Source: a virus
Taxonomy: Duplodnaviria; Caudoviricetes
Direction: 5' to 3' (one strand)
IMG/VR virus record: IMGVR_UViG_3300027972_000014
Coordinates: 1 to 55,182 of that record
Length of the DNA: 55,182 bases
How positions within the stretch are numbered: position 1 is the stretch's first letter; the number at the start of each line of letters is the position of its first letter. This document shows positions 18,610-28,672 of the stretch, in pieces. The translations under genes were made by a program, and so were the position numbers. A model generated the notes under the pieces. That model made no database searches and was not told where the DNA came from. It saw only the letters and a program-made list of their open reading frames with translations.

Positions 18610-18926
18610 TTTTTTATTGCTTCCCCGCCAGTTAGACTTTCAGCCAGGAACTTAAATTCATCTGTCGTAAGCTTATCAATGATTGCGGGGTCATCATTGG
18701 GAATGGGCAACGGTTTATCGTTATCGTCTACCCAGTTCCATTCGATGATATGAGCGGCAATAGTATCAACCCCGATTTCGAGCGATACATCATCGGTAAT
18801 ATCTTTGCCAGTTTGTTTGCGGAGTTGCTTCACGTCACCCATTGTCAATTTACGGACAACAACAAACGACCCCTCACCCTGCACTACTTCGGAATTAAAG
18901 CGGGTTGTGCTTTTTCTTTGTGCCAC
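18582..18926 (-). CDS. Tail assembly chaperone (gpG-like)
   Basis: Between the major tail and tape measure genes; slippery site near the 3' end. Confidence 0.8.
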   Translation of the reverse strand: MAQRKSTTRFNSEVVQGEGSFVVVRKLTMGDVKQLRKQTGKDITDDVSLEIGVDTIAAHIIEWNWVDDNDKPLPIPNDDPAIIDKLTTDEFKFLAESLTGGEAIKNLDGGSKPI

Positions 18927-18941
18927 AATTCACTTCTCTTT

Positions 18942-19391
18942 CTACGACGCTACGGTCGTCGGCACCATGGCCCCGGTGTTTTTCATCGAGGTTGAAATTA
19001 AAATAGGCGCGGCGTCGCTGCTACTGAACGGCAGTGACATCTTCTCCTGGATAACTTCAACGGTGTAAATATCCGACCCGGCGCTTGCATCAGGCACAAA
19101 TACCTGTAATGTCCGCGCCTCGCACTTGTGGTTAAACCACCAGTCGGTCAATAACGCCCGCGCTTCCAGGTGGTCGGTTGTGTAAAGCACTTCCAGGGTA
19201 ATGGCGACCTCGCCCTTGCAGCATAGGGTGATTTTCCAGTCGCTCCCAAAGACAGTTGCCGACCCGGTATCATTGGTCAGTTCAAACTTGACATTGTTAC
19301 TCGACCCAGAAATGTCGGTTAGAACGCCTGCGCTATTGTCCAATTTGATAACAACATCACAAGCATTTACTGCGGTAGTTGTTGCAGCCAT
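18942..19391 (-). CDS. Major tail (tube) protein
   Basis: Position and size; LTDISG...ATVFG. Confidence 0.75.
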   Translation of the reverse strand: MAATTTAVNACDVVIKLDNSAGVLTDISGSSNNVKFELTNDTGSATVFGSDWKITLCCKGEVAITLEVLYTTDHLEARALLTDWWFNHKCEARTLQVFVPDASAGSDIYTVEVIQEKMSLPFSSSDAAPILISTSMKNTGAMVPTTVAS

Positions 19392-19433
19392 AATATTCCT
19401 CCAAATTTCTAACTGAAATTATTTACAACCCCC

Positions 19434-19781
19434 TCACCCGCCGCGTCTGGCAGGTGGTGGAGCTAACCATATATTGACAATTTGCCCTTTCCAGGCTTCG
19501 ATAGTCTCATCTTTGACCCGGAATAGTTTCCTGATAGGTTCGTAGTCTGTAATGGCCAATAGTTGCGTAGCCGTGACTATGCCCAACGTTTCAAGTTTTG
19601 TTGCTCTGGCAGTCCAGCCGGGTAATTCGCGGAGCGGAGGTGGGGCAACCTCTGAGATTGCACCACCTGTAATAAGTTTATCTATGTTTTGAATCGGTAT
19701 CCCGGCCAGGTCGGTTATCTGACCTGTTGGGATAACTTTGTTGCCCTTTTGTAAGTTCCTATGCACTCGATAGAATGTCAT
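19434..19781 (-). CDS. Hypothetical protein with helix-hairpin-helix-like motif
   Basis: LRELPGW..RATKLETLGIVTATQLL. Confidence 0.55.
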   Translation of the reverse strand: MTFYRVHRNLQKGNKVIPTGQITDLAGIPIQNIDKLITGGAISEVAPPPLRELPGWTARATKLETLGIVTATQLLAITDYEPIRKLFRVKDETIEAWKGQIVNIWLAPPPARRGG

Positions 19782-20224
19782 CAAAATACCCTTATAGTGA
19801 TAATAAAGCGGCAAGCAATAAATAACTCACCGTTGTAATCAATAAGGACACGGTTAGCCGACCAGTGCATTGCGCGAATACCAACCAGGCCAAAATATGG
19901 TTTTGTTTTTTGCGCTTGCAAAATGTCTATAATTTGGTCTACGACCGGCTGTAGTCTTGCCATTTCTTCGCCCAGGTCTGGGCCACGCGGAGCTCCTAAC
20001 ACATCGGCGTGAAAAACAATGCTAACCTGTTCAACCCCACCGCGCATAGTAGACCGCTCGGTAGTAGTCTCTACTGCTTCCCAACTTTCAAAATACACTT
20101 GCAAAGTTGGGGTGTCAGCCATCCCCTCTGTCAATTCGTTAAAATCCTGCGACCGGGTCAGACCCGCCGCCGCCTCTAATGTCGTCTTTATCGCTGTGTT
20201 AATTTGCGCCGTTGTGATTGCCAT
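19781..20224 (-). CDS. Putative tail terminator/completion protein
   Basis: Synteny and size. Confidence 0.6.
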   Translation of the reverse strand: MAITTAQINTAIKTTLEAAAGLTRSQDFNELTEGMADTPTLQVYFESWEAVETTTERSTMRGGVEQVSIVFHADVLGAPRGPDLGEEMARLQPVVDQIIDILQAQKTKPYFGLVGIRAMHWSANRVLIDYNGELFIACRFIITIRVF

Positions 20225-20703
20225 TATTTGCCTATAATCCTTGTTACAGTATCATCAAAAATTTGCAGTATCCGTTCCCGGTTTTCGTCGAGACCTTTTT
20301 GCAGGAATAACTTGGCCTTGATACCGCGCCGGGCGATAGCCTTTTGTACACCCCGCGCCACCGCGTAAATTGCTGCACCGCTTGCCATTCGCTTGCGCCG
20401 TACCCATTCAGCGATAGGAGCATAAGGCGGCCAGAACGGGCGAGTACCCAATTCCTGAGCGGGCGCGTATCTCAGGTTACTACCGACTACGCCCTCAACC
20501 CGTTTACTCATTAAAACCACTTCGGGCATAATGCTAGCCCTGAGTGTTCCCCTATCTACCGGCGCGGCTCGTTTGGCCGAACCCGTTACCAGCAACGTTG
20601 CCTTATGCATTGCCTCGACCATTGGTTGTCCTGATAAGTCCTGGTCAACCTGCTTTAACTTCGCTTTTTGTTCGTCAATACCGTGAACGGTTACAGTTGT
20701 CAT
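20224..20703 (-). CDS. HK97 gp10-like neck/tail completion protein
   Basis: AKRAAPVDRGTLRASI...VGSNLRYAPAQELGT. Confidence 0.85.
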   Translation of the reverse strand: MTTVTVHGIDEQKAKLKQVDQDLSGQPMVEAMHKATLLVTGSAKRAAPVDRGTLRASIMPEVVLMSKRVEGVVGSNLRYAPAQELGTRPFWPPYAPIAEWVRRKRMASGAAIYAVARGVQKAIARRGIKAKLFLQKGLDENRERILQIFDDTVTRIIGK

Positions 20704-20710
20704 AGTTTGT

Positions 20711-20795
20711 AAAACAAAAAACGGTCCGGTTAGCGATTTACGCATTCCGGGCCGTGTGAGTTTCCCCAGTGGGCCTTAGTTAAATTCAGTTGTTG
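20711..20795 (-). promoter_or_regulatory. Structured leader plus terminator motif, copy 1
   Basis: GCCCAC-hairpin-CACGGC then a terminator stem with T tract; related copy at 32985-33066. Confidence 0.6.
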
Positions 20796-20826
20796 AGAAT
20801 ATTATACCATATTTGACGACAATTGA

Positions 20827-21501
20827 CTATCCGATAGGCGGGCGAATATATCGTCCCAATTTCAGCAAAAAAACCGCATCTGGGTCAATCTCTTTTGTAT
20901 ACATAAGTTGACCGGTATCTGAACTTGCCAAAGTGTCAGACATCCCACTTTCGAAACGCTTGTAAAGTCTTACTGCCTGAATTAGAGTCGCCTCTTTTAC
21001 CGGCAACGGTGCTGTTACCGAATACCCCCACTTCGCCGTAACTTGCACCGTTGGTACTCCCCGCGAAGTCACTTTGGCGTCAATGTCGGGCGGGAATCCT
21101 TGCAGATTACTATACTGCCCGCCGGTGAAAATGCTATAATTCCCCGTAGGATTAACAATGAGCATCGTCTTGGGCGGGCTGTTAAAGTTCGGGTTTCTTG
21201 GGTCTCCCCGCGCCGTGATAAAATCACCCGCAACCCACGCCGTGTAAGTTGTATCGGTTACGCTTTCTTTAACCGCCACTGCTGATACCGATACGCATTC
21301 ATCAATCCATAGATATGACAAGCCACTCCCAGAATATTCCCGCGCCGTACCCACTGCCAACGCCTCAAAACCATCAGGCCGGTTACAATAATTGTTAATG
21401 GCAATCTCAGAGGCGGCAATAAGCGCGGTTAAAACCGCGTCCTGTCCCGCTCCTGTTTTGTTTAGCCTTGCCTTGAGTTCAGAAATTGTAGCGTAGCTCA
21501 T
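20827..21501 (-). CDS. Head-tail connector (gp6-like)
   Basis: MSYATISELKARL...AASEIAINNYCNR...VQVTAKWGY...PVKEATLI. Confidence 0.85.
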   Translation of the reverse strand: MSYATISELKARLNKTGAGQDAVLTALIAASEIAINNYCNRPDGFEALAVGTAREYSGSGLSYLWIDECVSVSAVAVKESVTDTTYTAWVAGDFITARGDPRNPNFNSPPKTMLIVNPTGNYSIFTGGQYSNLQGFPPDIDAKVTSRGVPTVQVTAKWGYSVTAPLPVKEATLIQAVRLYKRFESGMSDTLASSDTGQLMYTKEIDPDAVFLLKLGRYIRPPIG

Positions 21502-21508
21502 AAGTCAC

Positions 21509-22066
21509 CTACCCAGAATAGCAATGAATACCTATGACAAAGCTAATTGTCCCGGCATTGGTAGTGCAACAACACCGCGCCCAATATTTGGCTGTAGAGG
21601 CGACGCGCTCGGATTGTACCAGGTGCGGCGCTTGTCGCAGGTTCGCAGGTATTATCGCTGCTGTCATCCCGGTTAAAACCTGCGCCCCGCTTTCGCCTTT
21701 CCCAAACTGAATATAATAAAGCCCACCGGCTACACTGGCTTGCGTTACCAAAATTTGATGCGGGTCATAGTATGCCCCATAAACCACACCCGCCCCATCG
21801 TCTAACTGCAACCAATTTCCGTAAGCCCCGGCATTGCCTGCCGTTAGTTGCCAGGCATTAAGACCATTTTCAATCATAAAGGTATCCTGGTCTTTGCCGT
21901 ACCAACGCCCCACACTATGCAAATGGACTTCTATTTCGTTGACATCATAACTTAAACTGTCAGTAGCGCCCGCCAGACCGTCAATAGCCTCGTGGTCAAT
22001 TGCCGCCGTGTAGCGCAAAATCGTTGCCAGGGTAGAGCTATCATCAATCGGATTATCAAGAGGCAT
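21509..22066 (-). CDS. Hypothetical (possibly virion) protein
   Basis: ORF in the late operon. Confidence 0.55.
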   Translation of the reverse strand: MPLDNPIDDSSTLATILRYTAAIDHEAIDGLAGATDSLSYDVNEIEVHLHSVGRWYGKDQDTFMIENGLNAWQLTAGNAGAYGNWLQLDDGAGVVYGAYYDPHQILVTQASVAGGLYYIQFGKGESGAQVLTGMTAAIIPANLRQAPHLVQSERVASTAKYWARCCCTTNAGTISFVIGIHCYSG

Positions 22067-22067
22067 T

Positions 22068-22472
22068 TTACACCCCCTCGTTAATGAGTAATCTGCAATT
22101 GGCAACGGTACTAATGGCATAAATTGCGCCGGTGTAAAGGTTATTTACACTGAGGTACATTTCATAACTGCCGCCGTTGGCATTCAGGCGAACACCCCTA
22201 TTCAACCCCGCCGCTCCGCCCAGTGATAAGTAAATCACCGTACCGCTATCATTGATAAAATTGCAATATTTGCGGGATGTATTGGGCGGTAGGACATTGA
22301 TACTAAGTAACCCCACGTCTACTATTGTTTGATTAATCGTTACCGCACTACCCACCACAACCGCACCACCGATAGCAACTACCTCAGCGTGGGTAGTGTC
22401 CCCCATATCCTTATATCTGGTTTGGGTTTCGAGCGGTATCTGTTCCCCTGATGCTAGAATCAAATCAGCCAT
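22068..22472 (-). CDS. Hypothetical (possibly virion decoration) protein
   Basis: Beta-rich; NDSGTVIYLSLG...GVRLNANGGSY. Confidence 0.55.
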   Translation of the reverse strand: MADLILASGEQIPLETQTRYKDMGDTTHAEVVAIGGAVVVGSAVTINQTIVDVGLLSINVLPPNTSRKYCNFINDSGTVIYLSLGGAAGLNRGVRLNANGGSYEMYLSVNNLYTGAIYAISTVANCRLLINEGV

Positions 22473-22476
22473 AATT

Positions 22477-22908
22477 TCACCTCAATATTAACCATCTATG
22501 CTTATCTACATATTGCCATTTTCCGTCTACCAACCGGGCTACAACTTGCGCCGGGTTTCCTTCGACCATAGTTCCCGGCGCAACCTCACATGATTTTACC
22601 ACTGCCCCGGCTGCGACAATTGCATCTTCACCAATGATACAATTATAGAGTAGCGCGAAAGACCCAATCCAGGCCCTCTCTTTAATAATTACTTTTTTAA
22701 GGACAGTATCCCCAACCTTGCCCTCGCTTATGTCGTGTGAGGCCGTCAACACTCTTACCCCGTAGCCCCAAATAACATTGGCGGCAATTTCTACCTCACC
22801 CCGATTGTCCATAAAACAACCACGCCGGATAAAAAAGCCTTTATCCTGTTTGATAGTATCAGCCCATTGCTCATTCAGGATAACCCCCAAATTCATAGCA
22901 TTGGTCAT
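22477..22908 (-). CDS. Hexapeptide-repeat (LbH) O-acetyltransferase
   Basis: VRVLTASHD...WIGSFA...IIGEDAIVAAGAVV...EGNPAQVV. Confidence 0.88.
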   Translation of the reverse strand: MTNAMNLGVILNEQWADTIKQDKGFFIRRGCFMDNRGEVEIAANVIWGYGVRVLTASHDISEGKVGDTVLKKVIIKERAWIGSFALLYNCIIGEDAIVAAGAVVKSCEVAPGTMVEGNPAQVVARLVDGKWQYVDKHRWLILR

Positions 22909-23516
22909 TTTGCTATTTCACCTGCACGCCGTACCAACCCGGCTATACCGGAACTTGTATCGGTGTCCATTATCATCACGTCAAGTTCACGACCCAACGA
23001 GGCAGCCAGTTTGTTAACTGCCTCATAAATGGGGATGTAGTAAATCGGGCCGTAGTCGTGAAATAGAATTAGCCCGCCATCTTTGAGCCGGTTAAACCAG
23101 GGCAAGTCACGGACTATCAGCCCGTGATTGCCGTCTACAAAAATGAAGTCGAAGTTCTGACCGTAGTATATATCATGGTAATCCCAAGAGCACATTGCGA
23201 TAACAGAAACATTAGGCCAGGGCGCGAGATTCTGTTGAGCTAATTCATACTCACCCTTGCGCGGGTTGAGCGTTGTTATCCGCGCCAATGGAGCGCCTTG
23301 AGCAATCATCGAGGCCGAGTAGCCTACCGCAGTCCCTAACTCCAAAATATTAGCATCTGGCCTATTGTATTTGCTTGCCAGTCCATACAGAGCCATTGCC
23401 TGGTAATGTTTCTGTCCGCTTTTGATTGATTGGCTTTTATCAAGAGCCGTCTTTGCTCCTGGAAACGAGGCGTCAAGCTGTTGGGTGATATTTGCTATCG
23501 TATCGTGAATTATCAT
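22905..23516 (-). CDS. Class I SAM-dependent methyltransferase
   Basis: ILELGTAVGYSA; FDFIFVDGNH; LKDGGLILFHDY. Confidence 0.88.
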   Translation of the reverse strand: MIIHDTIANITQQLDASFPGAKTALDKSQSIKSGQKHYQAMALYGLASKYNRPDANILELGTAVGYSASMIAQGAPLARITTLNPRKGEYELAQQNLAPWPNVSVIAMCSWDYHDIYYGQNFDFIFVDGNHGLIVRDLPWFNRLKDGGLILFHDYGPIYYIPIYEAVNKLAASLGRELDVMIMDTDTSSGIAGLVRRAGEIAK

Positions 23517-24070
23517 AATGGTTTCCTGTATGCCTTTAATGCTCCTACGGTTTCCAATTCAATCCATTGGTTTTTGGCCTGCCATTTGTCTACTACTTTT
23601 TTAACATCAATGCCGGTTTTAATTATGCCATAATCGTGAATGGCTAAAATTCCACCCGGCATTATTTTATCAGGCCATACCGCCATATCTTTTGTTATTG
23701 CTGCTTTGCTATGGTCACTGTCAAGAAAACAAAATGCTACTTTGTTTGGGATATAGGTCGGCGCTTCCCAACTATTCATTTCCAGGGATAGAATTTCTAT
23801 ACCAAATTTATTCATCGTCGCCCAAAATCGAGCGCGGTTTTTTGAAGCCCAATTGTCTACGGCGTAGAATACCCCGCGCCCCCAACGAGCCTGCACCCAG
23901 GTCACAACCGAGCCGCCTTCATATACGCCACATTCTACCGCAGCGCCATTTGGGGCAAGTCTTGCCAGGTCGAAAAGATAATACAATTGAGTGGCGGTTT
24001 TAGTTTTATGGTCATAGAGCATAGAATTGGCCTCTATGCCTGCTCTTACCGCTTTATCCCTACCATCCAT
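23513..24070 (-). CDS. Class I SAM methyltransferase (TylF/Methyltransf_24-like)
   Basis: VECGVYEGGS; FLDSDHS; PGGILAIHDY. Confidence 0.85.
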   Translation of the reverse strand: MDGRDKAVRAGIEANSMLYDHKTKTATQLYYLFDLARLAPNGAAVECGVYEGGSVVTWVQARWGRGVFYAVDNWASKNRARFWATMNKFGIEILSLEMNSWEAPTYIPNKVAFCFLDSDHSKAAITKDMAVWPDKIMPGGILAIHDYGIIKTGIDVKKVVDKWQAKNQWIELETVGALKAYRKPL

Positions 24071-24902
24071 CTGTTACCCCTTGTAATAACTGATACCCCA
24101 TAAAATCAGGCGTTGATTTTTTGGCAATCTCTTGTCCCCAATAGTCGAGCGGTTCATTGCCAAGAGTATACCGCCGCTTCATCCGGTCAATCAGAGCCGC
24201 TTTGTAGTTCGGCCAATTCCAGGTTTCATTACCAGGATAATGGAAACGCTTTTGCATCCCCTCAAATTCCTCTGGTAACAGGTTATACGAGGCGTCAACT
24301 AAACAAAGGTTATTAACATTTGGCGGAATTTCTGCCTGGGCAATATGCCGCGCTTTCATATCGGGATAAGAGGCCAGGATAACGGCTTCACTTAACCCGG
24401 TTGGGTTATACAATGCCTCGCGCCTGACAGGTGGGCCGTGTAACCTGTCGTGTACCTGTCCCATTGCCCAGCCATAGCCGGTTGTCGCCCCGTTTTGCTT
24501 AAATTCTAAACAATACTCACGCAATGTTTCTATATTTCGACGTGGCACATACCAATTGCTATGCGTGCTCATAATAACTTTATGACCGTCTTTGGTTGCC
24601 GCCCACCTGCCAATAGCCAGGTTACGCATGTGGAATTTGGTGAACCCGGACATTGTATTGCCGTCCATTATTGTCAAGGCTTCATCGCCCTCGCCTGGTT
24701 TATGATGCCACGTTGACGGGTCAGAGATAAGGGTAATGTTGCTATATTTATTTAGCAACTTATCAATGCCGGTTGAGTCGGCGGTTGACTGGATAAGATA
24801 AACCCGGTCGGCAAATTCGGCTTGACTGGCGATACACTCGTAAGCAGTCCACTGATAACCCCACTTATGAAGCGGGCCGCAGGCGCAAGAAATAGCTATC
24901 AT
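24060..24902 (-). CDS. Possible divergent GT-A glycosyltransferase-like protein
   Basis: ECIASQAEFADRVYLIQSTADST resembles GT2 N-termini; cluster context. Confidence 0.45.
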   Translation of the reverse strand: MIAISCACGPLHKWGYQWTAYECIASQAEFADRVYLIQSTADSTGIDKLLNKYSNITLISDPSTWHHKPGEGDEALTIMDGNTMSGFTKFHMRNLAIGRWAATKDGHKVIMSTHSNWYVPRRNIETLREYCLEFKQNGATTGYGWAMGQVHDRLHGPPVRREALYNPTGLSEAVILASYPDMKARHIAQAEIPPNVNNLCLVDASYNLLPEEFEGMQKRFHYPGNETWNWPNYKAALIDRMKRRYTLGNEPLDYWGQEIAKKSTPDFMGYQLLQGVTDGW

Positions 24903-25507
24903 AATACCTCATCTCTTTGGCGATAAATACCGGCCATACCTATCAAGTTGGTATCTATTATCTGTATATCTAATGGCCTATTTATTAAGGCAGAAATTTT
25001 GTTTATCGTATTATAAACCGGCGGGCAGGCGATTGAACTGTAATCGTGGAAAAGGATTAGACCGCCAATTTTAAGCCAATTAAACCAGGGCAGGTCGCGC
25101 CCTACTCGCTTGTGGTCTCCGTCTACAAAAATCATATCAAGTTCCGGGCCAGTATATTCCGCTAAATATTTCCAGGAATAAACCTTAAACACTTTCACAT
25201 TTTTATACTGTGCCAAATTTCGGCATGATAAATCGAACTCGGCAGGCTTGGGTTCAAGTGTGACTATTTTAGCCAACGGCGCAGCCTGAGCCATAATAGA
25301 GGCCGAAAAGCCCAACGCTGTGCCTATTTCCAAAATATTAGCATCAGACCGGTTGTACTGTTGCGCCAGAACAAATAGGGACATCGCCTGGTAAGGCAGA
25401 ATTTGCGCCTTGATTTCCCGGCTGTTGTTCAGGGCTACTGCCACCTGGGGGAACGTCGTCTCTAGCTCTTTGGCTATCTCGTTCCCGCTCTTGTTTTGCT
25501 CGTTCAC
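24899..25507 (-). CDS. Class I SAM methyltransferase (paralog of 22905-23516)
   Basis: ILEIGTALGFSA; DMIFVDGDH; GGLILFHDY. Confidence 0.88.
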   Translation of the reverse strand: MNEQNKSGNEIAKELETTFPQVAVALNNSREIKAQILPYQAMSLFVLAQQYNRSDANILEIGTALGFSASIMAQAAPLAKIVTLEPKPAEFDLSCRNLAQYKNVKVFKVYSWKYLAEYTGPELDMIFVDGDHKRVGRDLPWFNWLKIGGLILFHDYSSIACPPVYNTINKISALINRPLDIQIIDTNLIGMAGIYRQRDEVL

Positions 25508-25994
25508 GAATTTGCTCCACTTCTAAATTTGATAATTTTTTTAGTGTTGCCACTACCGATGACTTACAATTATTCAGGTCACACCTGATAATGCTCCATT
25601 TTTTATCGGTATAAAAAAAGTGCTTATTTTCTTTCTCTAAAGCGGGGTCTAAAATATCAAATACCCCACGCCCAACCACATAACGATGGGTAGGGTCATT
25701 GTATGACGTTTCGCTGTCCCAGAATGGCAACTTAATTCCCAAATAACCACCCGGCTTGAGGATACGCCAGCACTCATTAAGTGCTTCTAGTAAAGTCAAG
25801 TCAAGATGTTCTAAAACCGCCCTGGCGCTGATTGTCTCAAAACTCTCATTCTCCCAGGGCCAGGGTAATACATTCAAGTCCCAGGCAATATCAATAGTTG
25901 GACTATGATAATACAAGTCGTGATTGACTGCATTGGCCGCGCAATGAGTGCCGGCGCCTAAATTAAGAATTGCCCTGGTTTGTTCTTCTATCAT
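25344..25994 (-). CDS. Methyltransferase type 11-like
   Basis: ILNLGAG; DLNVLPWPW; VLEHL; ECWRILKPGG; DPTH. Confidence 0.85.
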   Translation of the reverse strand: MIEEQTRAILNLGAGTHCAANAVNHDLYYHSPTIDIAWDLNVLPWPWENESFETISARAVLEHLDLTLLEALNECWRILKPGGYLGIKLPFWDSETSYNDPTHRYVVGRGVFDILDPALEKENKHFFYTDKKWSIIRCDLNNCKSSVVATLKKLSNLEVEQIRERAKQERERDSQRARDDVPPGGSSPEQQPGNQGANSALPGDVPICSGATVQPV

Positions 25995-26440
25995 TTTATC
26001 GGCCTCAATACCGCTTTCAGGTTACGCTCTTTAATAACACCACTGCTGACTATTGTCCATTTATACTTCGTGTAGTACCCGTTAGTTTGTCCATATCTGG
26101 TTGCCGGGTCTACAAAGTCAATCGCTTTTTCTGACCAGTACCATCTATGAGTAGGGTCATCGTGAATATTGATACTGGTAAATACCGGATACTTTAGTAC
26201 CAGAGACCCCCCTGGCTTGATTATTCGCCAGCACTCGTTTAGTGTTTCTATGAGGTTTAGTTTCAGGTGTTCGGCAACGCTAATTAACTGTACCTCATCA
26301 AAAGAATTATCAGGCCAGGGCCAGGGTAAAATATTCAGGTCGTGGGTTACGTCTATTTCTGGGCGGTGCTTGGTCAGGTCGTGGTTAATCACGTCGCCTG
26401 TCATCACCCTATCACCACACCCCAGGTTAAGGATGTGCAT
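25991..26440 (-). CDS. Methyltransferase type 11-like (paralog of the adjacent gene)
   Basis: ILNLGCG; DLNILPWPW; ECWRIIKPGG; DPTH. Confidence 0.85.
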   Translation of the reverse strand: MHILNLGCGDRVMTGDVINHDLTKHRPEIDVTHDLNILPWPWPDNSFDEVQLISVAEHLKLNLIETLNECWRIIKPGGSLVLKYPVFTSINIHDDPTHRWYWSEKAIDFVDPATRYGQTNGYYTKYKWTIVSSGVIKERNLKAVLRPIK

Positions 26441-28070
26441 TGGCTGCCTCCCATTTCTGCACCGCCGCCCACGCCTCTTTACTATCCAACCGCGCCGGGC
26501 CAGGTAAGGCGTGTTTGTCCCACCGCCGCGCTGTCATATTATGGTGAATGATAGCCAACGGGCCAGGCGGCAATGGGTAACGGTCGCTGGCATTGAATTG
26601 GTTCATCAGGACAAAAGTCCTCATCTGGTTAGTGTAAAACGAGCGTATCAAAGCACCCTGGTCGCGCTTGGCCCATTTCTGGTATTCCTCATTCCAACCT
26701 GCAAAAAATCTGGCGGTCGCATCGCAACGGCGAAAAGCAAACACCCCGCCGCCGTATTGCATCACCTGGTTAGTGCCGACCATGTCCTCGGTCTGGTCAC
26801 ATTCACGGTCATTGTCACCCCGGCGCATTTTGGCTAAATAGTGCCGTTCATCTTGGTCTTTGCAAATAATAAATTCCCACCCATCAGCCAAGAATTGAAA
26901 AACACTATCAAGCGGTTCGGTTGGTTCGGTATCAGCATCCAGATAGAGAACATAACGCCATTCTTTAGGAGCGAGTTCGTCTACTGCCAACTTTGCCAAC
27001 CGTCCCCCAATGTCACGGTCTGATTGCTTGATAAAAATATCCTCACCGGCGTTAATAGGTTCTGCGCCCACGAAGGCAATAGGAACATCTGGGTTGAATT
27101 GCTTAAAAGCCGGTATAAGACGCCTGGCGCAATCTCTGGATGGAGTACCAAAAGCCACACAATATGCGCCGCTATTGCCGCGCCAGCCAGGTAAGTTTTC
27201 CTTGACTGCCGGTTGTGTCCCCCATAAAAACTTCTCAAATGCTCTGATGTGGTCTAGTTTCCAGTTCTCGCGACTATACCCCTCTACTGCTGCCCTCAAC
27301 TGTTCCAGGTTAGCCGGTTTATCATTCAAGGCATATTCAAATACTTTAAGTAAGTCCTGATAGTCGCCCGCCTTAAAGCGGTAGATACCGTGTATATCCG
27401 GTAGGTCGTCCAGCATCCCCACGTTGCGCGGGATAATAACAGGTATGCCACAACTGAGCACCTCCAACGGGGGCATTGGTACGCCTTCAATACGGCTGGC
27501 GCAGATGAACAGGTCGAGTGATTGGTAAAAGTTTGGTAAGTCCTTCCAGGCATATCCTTTTGTAGGTACAGGCCAATCGCGCCCGCTCGCCCGCCAGTCA
27601 CAGGTACGCCCTGCAACAGATTGAACCAATTGCGTTATCAGGTCTTCGCCCTTGCGGTTATCGCTGTAAGAATAACCACTTAGACCAACCACACGCCCGC
27701 GTTTCTTTTTAACCGGCGTGAATACACTACGCTCAACCGCCGGTCTGACCATCTCTACCGGGCCAAATGGGGTCAGGTGAGGCTTGTATATTTGCGCTGT
27801 TAAGGTACGCAAGCCCACCCTTTGGGCTACACCATCCCAAAGGTTTGTTTTGTTTTTGTCGTTGGTATCACGGTGCGTAAACCACGCCGCTGTTAGCGTA
27901 TCTTTCCAGGTTCGTTTTTGTAATTCCAGGTAAGGGAAGAAATAGTTGAGTTTAGCCGTTACGCTTGGCACTTCGTCAATAGTCCACTTAGTTTCTTCGG
28001 CTAGGGTACGAGCCAATCTAGGCAAAACACGGTCGGCGTTAAGACGACCACAAACGATGTGTATATTCAC
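26427..28070 (-). CDS. Two-domain glycosyltransferase (GT-B/GT4-like fused to GT-A/GT8-like)
   Basis: FYQSLDLFICASRIEGVPMPPLEVLSCGIPVI; then VLYLDADT...GGVFAF...RDQGAL. Confidence 0.88.
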   Translation of the reverse strand: MNIHIVCGRLNADRVLPRLARTLAEETKWTIDEVPSVTAKLNYFFPYLELQKRTWKDTLTAAWFTHRDTNDKNKTNLWDGVAQRVGLRTLTAQIYKPHLTPFGPVEMVRPAVERSVFTPVKKKRGRVVGLSGYSYSDNRKGEDLITQLVQSVAGRTCDWRASGRDWPVPTKGYAWKDLPNFYQSLDLFICASRIEGVPMPPLEVLSCGIPVIIPRNVGMLDDLPDIHGIYRFKAGDYQDLLKVFEYALNDKPANLEQLRAAVEGYSRENWKLDHIRAFEKFLWGTQPAVKENLPGWRGNSGAYCVAFGTPSRDCARRLIPAFKQFNPDVPIAFVGAEPINAGEDIFIKQSDRDIGGRLAKLAVDELAPKEWRYVLYLDADTEPTEPLDSVFQFLADGWEFIICKDQDERHYLAKMRRGDNDRECDQTEDMVGTNQVMQYGGGVFAFRRCDATARFFAGWNEEYQKWAKRDQGALIRSFYTNQMRTFVLMNQFNASDRYPLPPGPLAIIHHNMTARRWDKHALPGPARLDSKEAWAAVQKWEAANAHP

Positions 28071-28672
28071 TATTTAGCCCTTCCAAAAAGGTGTTCTATC
28101 AATTCTCCGCCATTCCAACAGCGGCCTAATAAGCCAATCCTGACAGGTTCTCTATGTAACGCCCTGAGCAATGCTGCCTGGTCTTGTCCGTGCCAGCGTT
28201 GCCATTCTTCGCGCCAGGCAACAAATAGGTTGAGACATCTCAACCGGTTAAATGCCATCACCCCGGCTTGTAACTGTAATGGATAAGGGTTTCCCAGTTC
28301 TATCAAAGTTTCCCCGCGTTCCTCATTCCCTACGTGGCTCATCAGGTCACGCCCCTGGTTGACACTATAAGTTAATACCAGGTCGAATGTATTAAGCATT
28401 TTAACGAGCGGGTTAAGGTCGGTATTGATACGGGTATCAGCATCCAAATAAATAACCTTGTCCCAATCCACTATCCGGTCTATGTTCAGCTTTGCCCACC
28501 TCGCCCCCGCGCCCGGCTCATCAAATTTGATAAGTTGCGCGTCGCCTATCGGCTTCTCCCCAACTGTACAGACCGGCAAATCATTATACTTTTTCAGCGA
28601 AGCAATGCTGGCAGTTGCCTCGTCTCTGGCATTGTCTCCATAAGCCACATAGACAACCCCTACGCTTTCCAT
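28070..28672 (-). CDS. GT-A (GT8-like) glycosyltransferase
   Basis: VIYLDADT DxD motif; QAGVMAF; QDQAALLRAL. Confidence 0.85.
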   Translation of the reverse strand: MESVGVVYVAYGDNARDEATASIASLKKYNDLPVCTVGEKPIGDAQLIKFDEPGAGARWAKLNIDRIVDWDKVIYLDADTRINTDLNPLVKMLNTFDLVLTYSVNQGRDLMSHVGNEERGETLIELGNPYPLQLQAGVMAFNRLRCLNLFVAWREEWQRWHGQDQAALLRALHREPVRIGLLGRCWNGGELIEHLFGRAK

